A DNA stretch of 64,000 nt, from contig OZ245838.1 of NCBI GenBank assembly GCA_965228735.1, positions 3,296,001 through 3,360,000 on the forward strand, in the 5' to 3' direction. Position 1 is the first letter of the stretch. The number at the start of each line of letters is the position of its first letter. The notes beneath the pieces were generated by a model that was not told the DNA's origin, made no database searches, and was given only the letters and a program-made list of their open reading frames with translations. The DNA is from Planctomycetota bacterium. GTDB taxonomy: Bacteria > Planctomycetota > UBA1135 > UBA2386. The translations under genes and the position numbers were made by a program. This document shows positions 48,575 to 58,722 of this stretch, in pieces.

Positions 48575-50518
48575 ATGGCGACGCTGCTACCGAAGCGATT
48601 CCGCACGCTGCCGTTCTCGATCGGCCTCCTCGGCCTCGTCGGGCTGACGGCGGCGGCCACGGCGCAAGGAGCCGAGCCGGAGAACGAGTCACGCCAACCG
48701 AGCGGGAGGGTGCGACCCGACGCCGACTACGCGCGCGCGATCACGAACGGGACCCGCACCGCCGACGGCCGGCCCGGGCCGAACTCGTGGACCGACCATG
48801 CGCGCTACGTGATCACCGCCCAGCTGCTGCCCGCGGAGCACAAGGTGCGCGGCTCGGTCGCGATGACCTACCACAACCGTTCACCCGAACCGATCGAAGA
48901 GCTCGCGATCCACCTGCGGCAGAACCTGCACGCCCCGGGTGCGCGCCGCAACGTCCCCGTCGAGGTTACCGGCGGCATGACCATCGACCGCGTGCAGCGC
49001 GACGGCCGTGACGCGTTGTACTTCGTCGACGGCACCGTGATGCTGGTGGGTCTCGGCGACGGCGTCGCTCCGGGCGAGACGACGACCGTCACGATGGACT
49101 TCGCGTTCACCGTTCCCGCGGGCGAAGCACCGCGCATGGGCCGCGAGGGCGAGGAGCTCTACTTCCTCGGCTACTGGTATCCGCAGTTCGCCGTGCGCGA
49201 CGACGTCCGCGGTCTGGTCGCGGAGCAGTACCTCGGCGCGAGCGAGTTCTACATGGGCTACGCCGACTACGAGGTCGAGCTCTCGGTGCCGGCCGGCTAC
49301 CTCGTGCAGGCCACGGGCACGCTGCAGAACGAAGGCGAAGTGCTCACGGCGAAGGCGCGCGCGGCGCTCGCGAACGCCCGTTCGGGCCAGCGACCCGTCG
49401 CCATCGTCGACGCCGCGGATCTCGAGGCCGGGCAGGCGACCCAGCCCGGCACCGGTGGCCGCCTGACCTGGAAGTTCCTGGCCGAGAACGTGCGCGACTT
49501 CGCCGCTTCGGTCGCGAACTGCTACGTCTGGGACGCGATGCCGACGCCGGTCGGTGATCGCGACGGTGACGGCGCCGTCGACACCTGTCTCGCGCAGTCG
49601 CTCTATCGGCCCGAGGCCGCGAGCTGGCGCCGGTCGGTGCGGCATGCGGCCCACGCGATCCAGTGGCTGTCCGAGCATGTCGTCCCGTATCCGTGGCCGC
49701 ACGCGACCGTCGTCGAGGGCATCCTCGGCGGCGGCATGGAGTATCCGATGATCACGCTGTGCGGCGACCAGGGCAGCCCCGTCGCGCTGCAGAGCCTCAT
49801 CGCGCACGAGCTCGCGCACATGTGGTTCCCGATGCTCGTCGGCAGCAACGAGAAGGCCCACGTCTGGCAGGACGAAGGACTCGCGGACTTCTTCACCGAG
49901 TATCTCGAAGGCAGCTACTGGCGGCGCAAGGCCACGGGGCTGCGGACCGTCGGCCTCTATCGGTCGGTCGTCGAGGTCTCGGGCGACGCCCAGCCGCTGC
50001 TCACGCACTCCGACTTCCTGGTCGATCAGGACGACTACTACTACGTCGGCTACATCAAGCCGGCCGCCGCGCTCTTTCAGCTCGTCGGGCTGTTCGGCGA
50101 GGAGGCCGTTCTGGGCGCGATCGCGGACTACACGGCGACGTGGCGCTACCGGCATCCGCAACCGCTCGACTTCTTCCGTTCGATGGAGCGATCCCTCGGC
50201 GCGGACCTGAGCTACTACTGGAGCTCGTGGTATGCGAGCAACGGCACGTTGTCGCACGCGATCGCCGACGTCGAGGCGTCCGCGGATGCGACGATCGTCA
50301 CGGTCGAGGACCGGGGTGACGCCATCCTGCCAGCGGTCGTGCAGGCCACGTTCGCCGACGGCTCGACCGCAGAGCGGCGGATCCCGGCCGCGACCTGGCT
50401 CGCCGGCAAGAGGCGCGCGACCGTGCGCTTCCGGCCGGGTGTGCAGCGCGTCGTCCTGCATCCGTCGCGCTTGAGCCTCGACCTCGACGACTCGGACAAC
50501 GTGTGGCGCAAGCGATGA
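48575..50518 (+). CDS. M1 family metalloaminopeptidase
   Basis: GGMEYP, HELAHMWF, WQDEG, Y.KP; signal peptide. Confidence 0.9.
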   Translation: MATLLPKRFRTLPFSIGLLGLVGLTAAATAQGAEPENESRQPSGRVRPDADYARAITNGTRTADGRPGPNSWTDHARYVITAQLLPAEHKVRGSVAMTYHNRSPEPIEELAIHLRQNLHAPGARRNVPVEVTGGMTIDRVQRDGRDALYFVDGTVMLVGLGDGVAPGETTTVTMDFAFTVPAGEAPRMGREGEELYFLGYWYPQFAVRDDVRGLVAEQYLGASEFYMGYADYEVELSVPAGYLVQATGTLQNEGEVLTAKARAALANARSGQRPVAIVDAADLEAGQATQPGTGGRLTWKFLAENVRDFAASVANCYVWDAMPTPVGDRDGDGAVDTCLAQSLYRPEAASWRRSVRHAAHAIQWLSEHVVPYPWPHATVVEGILGGGMEYPMITLCGDQGSPVALQSLIAHELAHMWFPMLVGSNEKAHVWQDEGLADFFTEYLEGSYWRRKATGLRTVGLYRSVVEVSGDAQPLLTHSDFLVDQDDYYYVGYIKPAAALFQLVGLFGEEAVLGAIADYTATWRYRHPQPLDFFRSMERSLGADLSYYWSSWYASNGTLSHAIADVEASADATIVTVEDRGDAILPAVVQATFADGSTAERRIPAATWLAGKRRATVRFRPGVQRVVLHPSRLSLDLDDSDNVWRKR

Positions 50519-51978
50519 GCTCGCCGCCGGAACCGGAGACGCCGGCAACCGAAGCCCCGCAGGCGGGCGGGTTCTGGCATCACGTCAGGAGCAGCCTGCG
50601 CGGCGAGCAGCACGACTTCACCAAGGGCAGCCTGCCGAAGGCGATCCTGCTCCTCGCGGTGCCGATGGTGCTCGAGATGTCGCTCGAGTCGACGTTCGCG
50701 CTCGTCGACATCTGGTGGGTCAACCGCATCGACGACGGCTGGTTCGGCTCGACGCCGACGGACGGCGCCGCGGCCGCCGCGGTCGGCTCGACGGAGGCGA
50801 TGCTGTCGATCATCTACGCGATCGCGTTCGGCCTCGGCATGGCGGTGACTGCGATGGTCGCGCGCCGCGTCGGCGAGCAGGATCTGCCGGGTGCTGCGAC
50901 CGCGGGATCGCAGGCGATCGGGCTCGGCATCGCGCTCGGGGTGCTGATCGGTCTACCGTGCCTGTTCTTCGCCCCGGACCTGCTGCACTGGATGACGTCG
51001 GGCAACGCGGCCGTCGTCGAGACCGGCAGTGGCTACGCGCGCTGGATGCTCGGCGGCAACGTGATCATCACGCTGCTGTTCCTGCAGAACGCGATCTTCC
51101 GCGGCGCGGGCGATCCGATCCTCGCGCTCAAGACCCTCGCGGTCGCGAACGGCATCAACCTGATCCTCGATCCCTGCCTGCTGTTCGGCTGGGGACCGTT
51201 CCCGCAGCTCGGCGTCACGGGCGCCGGCGTCGCGACGACGATCGGTCGGTCGACCGCCGTGATCTACCAGTTCTGGCTGCTGCGCCACGGCAGCGGCCGC
51301 GTGAAGCTCGACCGACTCGTGCGCATCGATCTGCAGCCGATGCTGACGCTGGTGCGGCTGTCGTGGGGCACGATCGGGCAGTTCCTCATCGGCACGACGA
51401 GTTGGGTCGCACTCATGGCGTTCGTCAACTCGTTCGGCGAGGCCGAGGCCGCGGGCTACACGACGGCGATCCGCATCCTGTTGTTCTCGCTGCTGCCGGC
51501 CTGGGGCCTCGCGAACGCGGCCGCGACGCTCGTCGGCCAGAGCCTCGGCAGCAAGCAACCGGACCGCGCCGAGCGCGCGGTCTGGCTCACGGGCTTCTAC
51601 GACATGCTCTTCCTCGGCGGCGTGACGTTCGCGATGGTCATCTGGCCCGAGGAGATCGCCGCGCTGTTCGTCACCGATCCGACGATCGCCGGCCACTGCG
51701 TCGACACGATGCGGATCGTCGCGTCCGGCTACGTGTTCTACGCCTGGGGCATGGTCGCCGTGCAGTCGTTCAACGGCGCGGGCGACACGATCACCCCCAC
51801 CTGGCTGCACCTGATCTTCTTCTGGCTGCTCCAGATCCCGCTCGCCGCAATGCTCGCGTTCTGGGGCGAATGGGGCCTCCACGGCATCCTGTGGGCGATT
51901 CCGGTCTCGGAAGCGCTGTTCGCGATCGCCGCGGTCCTGCTCTTCCGCCGCGGCCGCTGGCGCACCGTGAAAGTCTGA
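50515..51978 (+). CDS. MATE family efflux transporter
   Basis: LLAVPMVLEM, IFRGAGD, NLILDP, LGVTGAG.AT, NAAATLVGQ.LG. Confidence 0.92.
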   Translation: MSSPPEPETPATEAPQAGGFWHHVRSSLRGEQHDFTKGSLPKAILLLAVPMVLEMSLESTFALVDIWWVNRIDDGWFGSTPTDGAAAAAVGSTEAMLSIIYAIAFGLGMAVTAMVARRVGEQDLPGAATAGSQAIGLGIALGVLIGLPCLFFAPDLLHWMTSGNAAVVETGSGYARWMLGGNVIITLLFLQNAIFRGAGDPILALKTLAVANGINLILDPCLLFGWGPFPQLGVTGAGVATTIGRSTAVIYQFWLLRHGSGRVKLDRLVRIDLQPMLTLVRLSWGTIGQFLIGTTSWVALMAFVNSFGEAEAAGYTTAIRILLFSLLPAWGLANAAATLVGQSLGSKQPDRAERAVWLTGFYDMLFLGGVTFAMVIWPEEIAALFVTDPTIAGHCVDTMRIVASGYVFYAWGMVAVQSFNGAGDTITPTWLHLIFFWLLQIPLAAMLAFWGEWGLHGILWAIPVSEALFAIAAVLLFRRGRWRTVKV

Positions 51979-51981
51979 ACG

Positions 51982-52104
51982 CCGATGGCGGTACCGAACC
52001 CGTTTCGAATCCGCCACGCCGCAGCCCGCCCGACCGCGATTCCCGCATCGACCTGACGCTACTCGCCGGTGGCGGAGCTGAAACGGGTTCGGTACGGCCA
52101 TCGG
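51982..52104. repeat. 36-bp inverted repeat pair (REP/MITE-like)
   Basis: Arms at 51982-52017 and 52069-52104 match at 32 of 36 positions; 51-nt spacer. Confidence 0.8.
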
Positions 52105-52146
52105 TGACGTGCAGCGGGCTACCTGGCGCGCTACCCTGTTCGGCCC

Positions 52147-52890
52147 ATGCAGACAGGCCTTCGCAAAGTCCTGATGGCGTCGTTGCTCGCGGCGTTCGTC
52201 GGGCAGACGACGCTGGTCTACGCGGACGACACCGCGGACCGCACGCCACCGCTCACGGGGGATGCGCTCCGTGGCCGCGAATTGTGGCACGAGCACAACT
52301 GCCAGGCGTGCCATCAGATCTACGGCTTCGGCGGCTTCCTCGGCCCCGACCTGACGAACGCGGGCTCGCGCCTCACGCAGTCGCGCTACGACGAGATCCT
52401 CACGCAGGGGAACGCGCAGATGCCGGCGTTCCACCTGGAGCCGGGCGAGATCAACGCGATCAAGGCGTTCCTCGTCGCGCTCGACAAGACCGGCATCGGC
52501 GTGCCGCGCGCGACGCTGCCGCCCGAACCCGCGAAGGTCTACGACGCGCTCACCGAGCTCACGGCCAACGCCGATTCCAACGTGCAGCAGGGCCTGCAGC
52601 AGTTCCGCGCGATCTGCGCCGCGTGCCACACGCCGCTGTGCGCGACGCCGCTCGGCCCCAACACCGCGCCCGATCTCAGTGACGTTTGCGACCGGCTCGA
52701 CAACGCGGCGATCGCCAAGGTGATCGCGGAAGGGCGACCGCTCCGCGGCATGCCGCCATGGCCCCTCGGCGACGTCATCGGCGAACAGCTCGTGCCGTTC
52801 CTCGAGTGGCTGCGTGACAACCGCGCGACGCTGCGCGACTCGGTCGGTGATGCCACGCGCTCGGGCCTGCCCTGGTGGGAGTTCAAATGA
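52147..52890 (+). CDS. NorC-like membrane-anchored diheme cytochrome c
   Basis: G.ELWHEHNCQACHQIYGFGGFLGPDLT, MPAF, and a second CAACH...GMP. Confidence 0.8.
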   Translation: MQTGLRKVLMASLLAAFVGQTTLVYADDTADRTPPLTGDALRGRELWHEHNCQACHQIYGFGGFLGPDLTNAGSRLTQSRYDEILTQGNAQMPAFHLEPGEINAIKAFLVALDKTGIGVPRATLPPEPAKVYDALTELTANADSNVQQGLQQFRAICAACHTPLCATPLGPNTAPDLSDVCDRLDNAAIAKVIAEGRPLRGMPPWPLGDVIGEQLVPFLEWLRDNRATLRDSVGDATRSGLPWWEFK

Positions 52891-54305
52891 CCAGCACCGC
52901 TGACCCTTCCACGGCCACGCAGCCACTCGGCGATTCGCCGACGCCGGCCGCGACCGACGAGACCCCGCGATGTGATGCGACCGTCGTCACATCGCTCAAG
53001 ATGGCGCTGTCGTGCATCGTGCTCGCGGTGATCGGCGGCGCGGTCGCCGCGCTGCACTACATCCCGTCGCTGTCGACCGCGCTCAACGACCTCGGGCTCG
53101 GCCTCGCGCAGCTGCGACCGATCCACACGTCGTTCGCCTCGCTCTGGATCTTCGGCGGCTCGATCGCCGTCGTCTATCACTGGCTCTCGACGACGAACGG
53201 CGGACTCACGGCCGGCGACCGTGGGCGCTTCAAGTTCCACACGGTCTGCTGGATCCTCGCCGGCCTCGGCATCTTCGTTTCTCTGTTCGCCGGCGTGTCG
53301 TCGGGCCGCGAGTACCTCGGCTTCCACCCCGCGTTCAGCGCCGTGCTGCTGTTCGGCTGGCTCGCGTTCGCGTGGAACTTCCTGCGTCGTCTGCGCCACG
53401 GGTTCTGGGCCCAGCCGATCTACCTGTGGTTCTGGACGATCGGCACGCTGTTCTTCGTCTACACGTTCGTCGAGGGCCACAGCTACCTGCTGCCCGCCGT
53501 GTTCGAGCAGCCCGTGCGCGACCTGCAGGTGCAGTGGAAGTCGTGCGGCACGCTCGTCGGCTCGTTCAACTTCATGATGTACGGCTCGCTGACGTACATC
53601 GGCGAGAAGCTGTCGGGCGACAAGGGCTACGCGCAGTCCCCTACCGCATTCTGGCTGTTCGGCGTCGGCTGCCTCAACAGCTTCACCAACTACGCGCACC
53701 ACACCTACCACCTGCCGCAGGACACGACGATCAAGTGGATCGCGTTCCTCGTGTCGATGGCCGAGGTGATCATCCTGTTCAAGATCATGTTCGATCTCGG
53801 CAAGATGGTGCGAGTCAGGGAGAAGAAGCCGTTCTGCGGCCGCGGCAGCTGGCTCACCCACGCCAAGTGGTGGACGGGCGCCATGCTCCTCACGTCGATC
53901 GTGATCTCGGTGCCCAACCTCAACAGCGTCGTGCACGGCACGCACGTGATCGTCGGTCACGCGATGGGCGCGACGATCGGCATCGACACGCTCGTGCTGC
54001 TCGGCTGCGCGAGCTGGCTGATCTGCGAGTATCGCGGTGAACGCGGCATCGCGACGATGAACGCGCCGCTGACCAGACGGGTCCTGCACGGCATCAGCCT
54101 CGCGCTCGCCGTGCTCGTCATCTGGCTCAGCGTGGCCGGCACCGCGCACGGCTGGACCCGCTTCCACGGCGAAGCGACGCCGCAGTGGGTCGTCGACAGC
54201 CGCTTCGTGCTGCCGGTGTTCGGCTCGCTGCTCGGAGTGTGCCTGCTCGTCGGAGCGTTCCGGATGCTGGGTCTGCTGCGCGGGAAGAGCGTGGCGGGGT
54301 CGTGA
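52887..54305 (+). CDS. NorB-like heme-copper oxidoreductase subunit I with atypical active site
   Basis: RPIHT....WIF.G, GREY, YAHHTYH, HGTH..VGHAM; about 12 transmembrane segments; follows the NorC-like gene. Confidence 0.75.
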   Translation: MTSTADPSTATQPLGDSPTPAATDETPRCDATVVTSLKMALSCIVLAVIGGAVAALHYIPSLSTALNDLGLGLAQLRPIHTSFASLWIFGGSIAVVYHWLSTTNGGLTAGDRGRFKFHTVCWILAGLGIFVSLFAGVSSGREYLGFHPAFSAVLLFGWLAFAWNFLRRLRHGFWAQPIYLWFWTIGTLFFVYTFVEGHSYLLPAVFEQPVRDLQVQWKSCGTLVGSFNFMMYGSLTYIGEKLSGDKGYAQSPTAFWLFGVGCLNSFTNYAHHTYHLPQDTTIKWIAFLVSMAEVIILFKIMFDLGKMVRVREKKPFCGRGSWLTHAKWWTGAMLLTSIVISVPNLNSVVHGTHVIVGHAMGATIGIDTLVLLGCASWLICEYRGERGIATMNAPLTRRVLHGISLALAVLVIWLSVAGTAHGWTRFHGEATPQWVVDSRFVLPVFGSLLGVCLLVGAFRMLGLLRGKSVAGS

Positions 54306-54353
54306 CGTGTAGCGGCTCGATCGCCGACGCGCGCGAACGGCCGCAGCGCCGCG

Positions 54354-54917
54354 CTACGGCGCCCGGACGATCTCGTCACACAGCGCAGCACACGCGCGCA
54401 GCAGATCGCCGTAGAACCCGGGGCCGGCGTTCGGCGCCGACGACTTGCTGACCCACGCGAGGTGCGTGCTCGCGAACTTCCCAGCAAACTCCGCGTCGCG
54501 ATCCCGCAGCTCGGCCCACAGCGTCAACAGACACCCGAGGTGATCCGGCGGTGCCCCGCGCGCGCCGGCCGCGAGCTGCAGACCGAGTCCTTCGGCGACG
54601 CGCCGAACGTCGACCGCGGCGTCACCGTCGTACTTGCCTTCCCGCCACAGCGAATGCACGAGCGGCGGCCGCCCCGCGGGCTGCAGCACCGTCTGGAAGA
54701 ACTCGGCACCGAGCTCATCCAGGTCGTCGGACTCGGGCAGCGTGACCCCGGCTTCTGCCAGAGCACCCGCCACGTCGGGCGCGCGCAGCTCCGCGAGCGA
54801 CTCGGCATCGAGCTCGCGCAGCAGCAGCCGGCCGAACAGCCGCGCCACGAACGTGCGCGGATCGGTCGCCGGCGTCGGCGCTCCTTCGGCGCCGGCCGAG
54901 GTTTCGGGCTCGCTCAC
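54354..54917 (-). CDS. TorD/DmsD family molybdoenzyme chaperone
   Basis: PL..SLW, PPDHLG..L, F...HL.W, FY; GTG start overlaps the catalytic subunit stop. Confidence 0.8.
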   Translation of the reverse strand: MSEPETSAGAEGAPTPATDPRTFVARLFGRLLLRELDAESLAELRAPDVAGALAEAGVTLPESDDLDELGAEFFQTVLQPAGRPPLVHSLWREGKYDGDAAVDVRRVAEGLGLQLAAGARGAPPDHLGCLLTLWAELRDRDAEFAGKFASTHLAWVSKSSAPNAGPGFYGDLLRACAALCDEIVRAP

Positions 54918-57748
54918 GTGACCTTGCGAACCGTCACGACCGTGTCGTTGAACGCCTGCTGGCCGGAGATCGGATCCGGGCAGATCGGCAGCACGTTGTT
55001 CTGCGCCCAACCCGGCCCGGTGTTGCGAACCCACTTCTTCGGATCGCCGCCGGAGCGGTCCTCCCACCACATGTTGCGCTCCCAGTCCGGGTCGCGCATT
55101 TCCTGGTTCTGCATGCCGGCGGCCTCGGAACCGAGGTCGCGCTTCTGCTTCGCCATCGCGACGCTCGTGTAGGCGCTGTGCCCGAGCGAGTTGCTGATCG
55201 CGATCGCGCGCGGGTGGACGGCCTTGGTCACGACGACCGGGATCTGCAGCTTCCGACTGATCTCGCCGTCGCCGAGGCCGAGCTGCGGCGAGATCTTGTG
55301 CAGCATCTTGCTGCGGTAGCCGGTGAGCTCGACGAAGTCGCCGCTCTTCAGCCCGAACCGCTTCGCCGTGTCCGGATGGATCCACGCCGGGTTGCTGTGG
55401 ACGATCTCGCTGCACCACTTGAGGTTCGCCGTGCGCCCGTGGTTGTGCACGTTCCACTTGAACGACGTCATGATGAGCTGGTCGTCACGCATGCCGACGT
55501 GCTCGTCGATCTGGCGGTACGTCGGCCACTCGGGGATCTCGACGTCGTTGCCCTTGTGGTAGCCGGGGCGGTTCTTGCCCTTGCTGTTGGCGAGCGCGGT
55601 CAGCTCGGACGTGTCCTCGTTGCGCCCCGTCATCGCGACGAACTTGGACCGCACCTCGAGCTTGCGCGACGGCGTCTTGAAGCCGCGCACGGCCACGCCG
55701 TCGTGCATGATGCCGATGCCCTTGCCGTCCTTGGTGATGATGCCGGTCTTTGGATCGGTCGCGCTGCCGTCGAGTTCGTCCGCTGACAGCTTCGCCATGT
55801 AGGGCTCGTAGTACGGCTTCTGGTTGGGATCCTCCCACGCACCGACATCCTCGAGGAACTCGAACGCCGAGGCGTACTTCGACCCGTCGTGCGGCACGTC
55901 CTTGACGAACTCCCGCATGTAGTCCTCGGTCGTCCGCTCCGGATAGTACTTCGCCGCCTCGCCGCCGACGCGCCGCGCGATCTCGGGAAAGATCTCGCGC
56001 ACGTCCTTGGCCTCGCCCAGCGGCGCCACCATCGGCCGGCGCATCGAGATGTACGGCTTGAGGTTGTAGGCCCCGCGCGCATCGACGTCCCAGCGCTCCA
56101 TGAACGTCGTCCACGGCAGCACCATGTCGGCGTAGGTCCCCGTCTCGTTGAGGAACGGGTTGATGCAGACGTGGAAACCGATCTTGTCCTCGTCGAGCAG
56201 GACGTTCTGCGTGACGTCCATCTCGGGCCACGTGAGCGGCGAGTCGAGGTTGTAGGTCATGTAGACCTGGATCTTGCGGCGCTCCTGCTTCAGGTACCAG
56301 TAGACCAGCTCGCCGACCTTCATCTTGTTCCAGACGTTCGCGAGCGCGATCTCGGGCGGGTCCGCGAGCAGCGACGGCGTCTTCGGCTTGGGCGCGGCCT
56401 TCGGCGGCTTGAACCGCTTGTTGTCGTAGCCGCCCGTGAACATCCAGCACCAGCCGCCGACCTTGCCGACCGAACCGACCAGCACGTTGAGCAGCCCGAT
56501 CGCGCGGTCGTTGTAGTAGCCGTTCATGTGCGCCGAGCTGCCGCGATTGCACATCGTCGTCGCGAGCGGCGCCGCGGCCGCGAACTCGCGCGCGATGCGG
56601 CGGATGTCCTTCGCCGGCACCGTGCTCTTCTGCTCGGCCCACTCCGGCGTGAACTCGGCCAACTCGGCCTTCAGCTCGTCGACCGAGCAGTTGGCCCAAT
56701 CGCCGAAGAACTTCGCGTCGTAGAGATCCTCGCTGAGGATCGTGTGCGCCATCGCGAGCGCGACCGCGCCGTCCGTGCCGGGCGCCGGCATGAAGAACTC
56801 GTCGCTGTTGCCCGCCGTGTTGGACATGCGGACGTCGAACGTGACGAACTTGGCGCCGTTCTTGAAGCGCCCGCGCTGGATGCGCTGCGCGCCCGCGACG
56901 TGACCCTGATGCGCCTCGAACATGTTCGAGCCGAAGTTGAGGATGTACTTCGCGCGTTCGTAGTCGCCGAGATCCCAGTCGCTCTCGAACAGATACGTGA
57001 GGTTGGCCGCGCGCCGCGCCGCCGAGCACAGCCCGCGGTGATTGAGCGCCGTGTTGGTCTGCATCGCGTTGAGGAACGCCCCCACCGCGTCCTTGCTGCG
57101 GTTGCGACCCTGGTGGAACGCGAACTCCTCGTGCTTGCCCTCGTCGTGCACCTTCTTGATCCGGCGCCCGATCTCGTCGAACGCCTCGTCCCAGGTGATG
57201 CGCCGCCACTTGCCTTCACCGCGCTTACCGACGCGCTTCAGCGGGTAGAGCAGGCGCTCGGGGTGGTACTGGTGATTGAGCGCAGCCTGCCCGCGCGCGC
57301 ACAGCCGCCCGCGCGAGTTGGGGTCGTTGGGATTGCCGTCGACCTTGAGGATGCGGCCGTCCTTCACCCAGCCCGTGATCCCGCAGATCGTCGAGCACAG
57401 CTGACACAGGCCGTGCACCGCCTTGGCCCCCTTGTACTTGTCGGGGTCGGGGAACTTGTGCTTCTTGTTCGGCCCGGGCAGCTCGCACACGCCCGGCACC
57501 TTCATGCCCGTGAGCTCGTAGGGCACACCGCGGCCCTGCTCCCAGATGGCCATGCTCTCGGCCTTGGTCGCCGGCGCGCGGCCGCCGCCAGGACCCTGAC
57601 CCTTCGGAGCACCCGCGCAGCCGGCAACCGAACCGGCCGCGAGCACCCCGGCGAGACGGAAGAACCCGCGGCGCGTCGGGGCGCCTGCCGCTTTCGGCGA
57701 GGGAACGGGACCGGTGTCGGGACCACGACTGTCGGTGGGCGCGCTCAC
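54914..57748 (-). CDS. Tat-exported Mo-bisPGD oxidoreductase catalytic subunit (Psr/Phs/Arr-like, Cys ligand)
   Basis: TRRGFF Tat motif, CQLCSTIC...LCARG (FS0), NHRGLC, P.PGTD.A.ALA, GFKTPSRKLE, WIHP.TA. Confidence 0.88.
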   Translation of the reverse strand: MSAPTDSRGPDTGPVPSPKAAGAPTRRGFFRLAGVLAAGSVAGCAGAPKGQGPGGGRAPATKAESMAIWEQGRGVPYELTGMKVPGVCELPGPNKKHKFPDPDKYKGAKAVHGLCQLCSTICGITGWVKDGRILKVDGNPNDPNSRGRLCARGQAALNHQYHPERLLYPLKRVGKRGEGKWRRITWDEAFDEIGRRIKKVHDEGKHEEFAFHQGRNRSKDAVGAFLNAMQTNTALNHRGLCSAARRAANLTYLFESDWDLGDYERAKYILNFGSNMFEAHQGHVAGAQRIQRGRFKNGAKFVTFDVRMSNTAGNSDEFFMPAPGTDGAVALAMAHTILSEDLYDAKFFGDWANCSVDELKAELAEFTPEWAEQKSTVPAKDIRRIAREFAAAAPLATTMCNRGSSAHMNGYYNDRAIGLLNVLVGSVGKVGGWCWMFTGGYDNKRFKPPKAAPKPKTPSLLADPPEIALANVWNKMKVGELVYWYLKQERRKIQVYMTYNLDSPLTWPEMDVTQNVLLDEDKIGFHVCINPFLNETGTYADMVLPWTTFMERWDVDARGAYNLKPYISMRRPMVAPLGEAKDVREIFPEIARRVGGEAAKYYPERTTEDYMREFVKDVPHDGSKYASAFEFLEDVGAWEDPNQKPYYEPYMAKLSADELDGSATDPKTGIITKDGKGIGIMHDGVAVRGFKTPSRKLEVRSKFVAMTGRNEDTSELTALANSKGKNRPGYHKGNDVEIPEWPTYRQIDEHVGMRDDQLIMTSFKWNVHNHGRTANLKWCSEIVHSNPAWIHPDTAKRFGLKSGDFVELTGYRSKMLHKISPQLGLGDGEISRKLQIPVVVTKAVHPRAIAISNSLGHSAYTSVAMAKQKRDLGSEAAGMQNQEMRDPDWERNMWWEDRSGGDPKKWVRNTGPGWAQNNVLPICPDPISGQQAFNDTVVTVRKVT

Positions 57749-58722
57749 TTCTCACCTCCCGGGCCGAGCGGCCCCTCGTTGTGCTTCTTCTCCTGCCACT
57801 GATAGACGCTGTAGGCCTCGGGGTCGTAACTCTGCCCCTCGCGCGGGACCTTCGGCTCCCACTCGCTGACCGGCCGATCCTTGCTCGCGGCGAACCACAT
57901 GCGCGGCTTCGTGCCCTTCTCCGGCCGCAGCTGCTCGAGCACACCTTCGGACTCGAGCTGGCTCTTCATCTTGCTGACGTCGGAGTTCGGGTCGTTGAGG
58001 TCGCCGAAGTAGAGCGCCTCGCTCGGGCACGTCGACTGACACGGCGGCGCCATGCCCATGTCGACGCGGTGCGTGCAGTTGTGACACTTCACCGCCTGAT
58101 TGGCGACCGGGTCGATGTAGATCGCACCGTACGGGCAGGCCTCCTTGCAGGCGCCGTGACCCGAACACACGTCGTAGTCGACCGCGACCGTGCCGCCGGA
58201 TGCCTTGTGCAGCGCGCCGCACGGGCACGCCTTGAGGCACGGCGCGTCCTCGCAGTGCTGACACGCCATCGGCACCATGATGCGCGCCATGCCGTCGCCG
58301 GTGCCGCCATCGCCACTCTTCTCGTAGTCGTGGTAGATCGTCTGGCGGATGTAGTTGCCGAGCGGGACGTCGTTCTCCGCCTTGCACGCGACCTCGCAGC
58401 CGTGACAGCCGAAGCACCGGCGCGCGTCGACGACCCAACCGTACTTCTTGCCGTCGTCGGGCGCCTGCATGCGATCGCGCCAGTGCTCTTCGGCGAGGAA
58501 GAGATCGGACCGCACGTTGTCCTGGCCCTGCGGGGACTGCGCCGACACGGCACCCGCACCGAGGGCAGCGGCGCCACCGGCCAGGAACTGGCGCCGATCG
58601 CGGATCGACGCCTGCCGATCGGGGGTCGACGCCGAACTATCCGTCTTGGACTCGGACGCCGCCTGATCGGGCGCTGGACTCGTCTCGCACCGGCAACCCG
58701 GGCGTTGGCAACGGTTCTGCAT
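57745..58722 (-). CDS. Four-cluster 4Fe-4S electron-transfer subunit (DmsB/NrfC-like)
   Basis: CFGCHGCEVAC, CQHCEDAPCLKACP, CSGHGACKEACPY, KCHNC...PPCQSTCP; RRQFL Tat-like motif. Confidence 0.9.
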   Translation of the reverse strand: MQNRCQRPGCRCETSPAPDQAASESKTDSSASTPDRQASIRDRRQFLAGGAAALGAGAVSAQSPQGQDNVRSDLFLAEEHWRDRMQAPDDGKKYGWVVDARRCFGCHGCEVACKAENDVPLGNYIRQTIYHDYEKSGDGGTGDGMARIMVPMACQHCEDAPCLKACPCGALHKASGGTVAVDYDVCSGHGACKEACPYGAIYIDPVANQAVKCHNCTHRVDMGMAPPCQSTCPSEALYFGDLNDPNSDVSKMKSQLESEGVLEQLRPEKGTKPRMWFAASKDRPVSEWEPKVPREGQSYDPEAYSVYQWQEKKHNEGPLGPGGEK

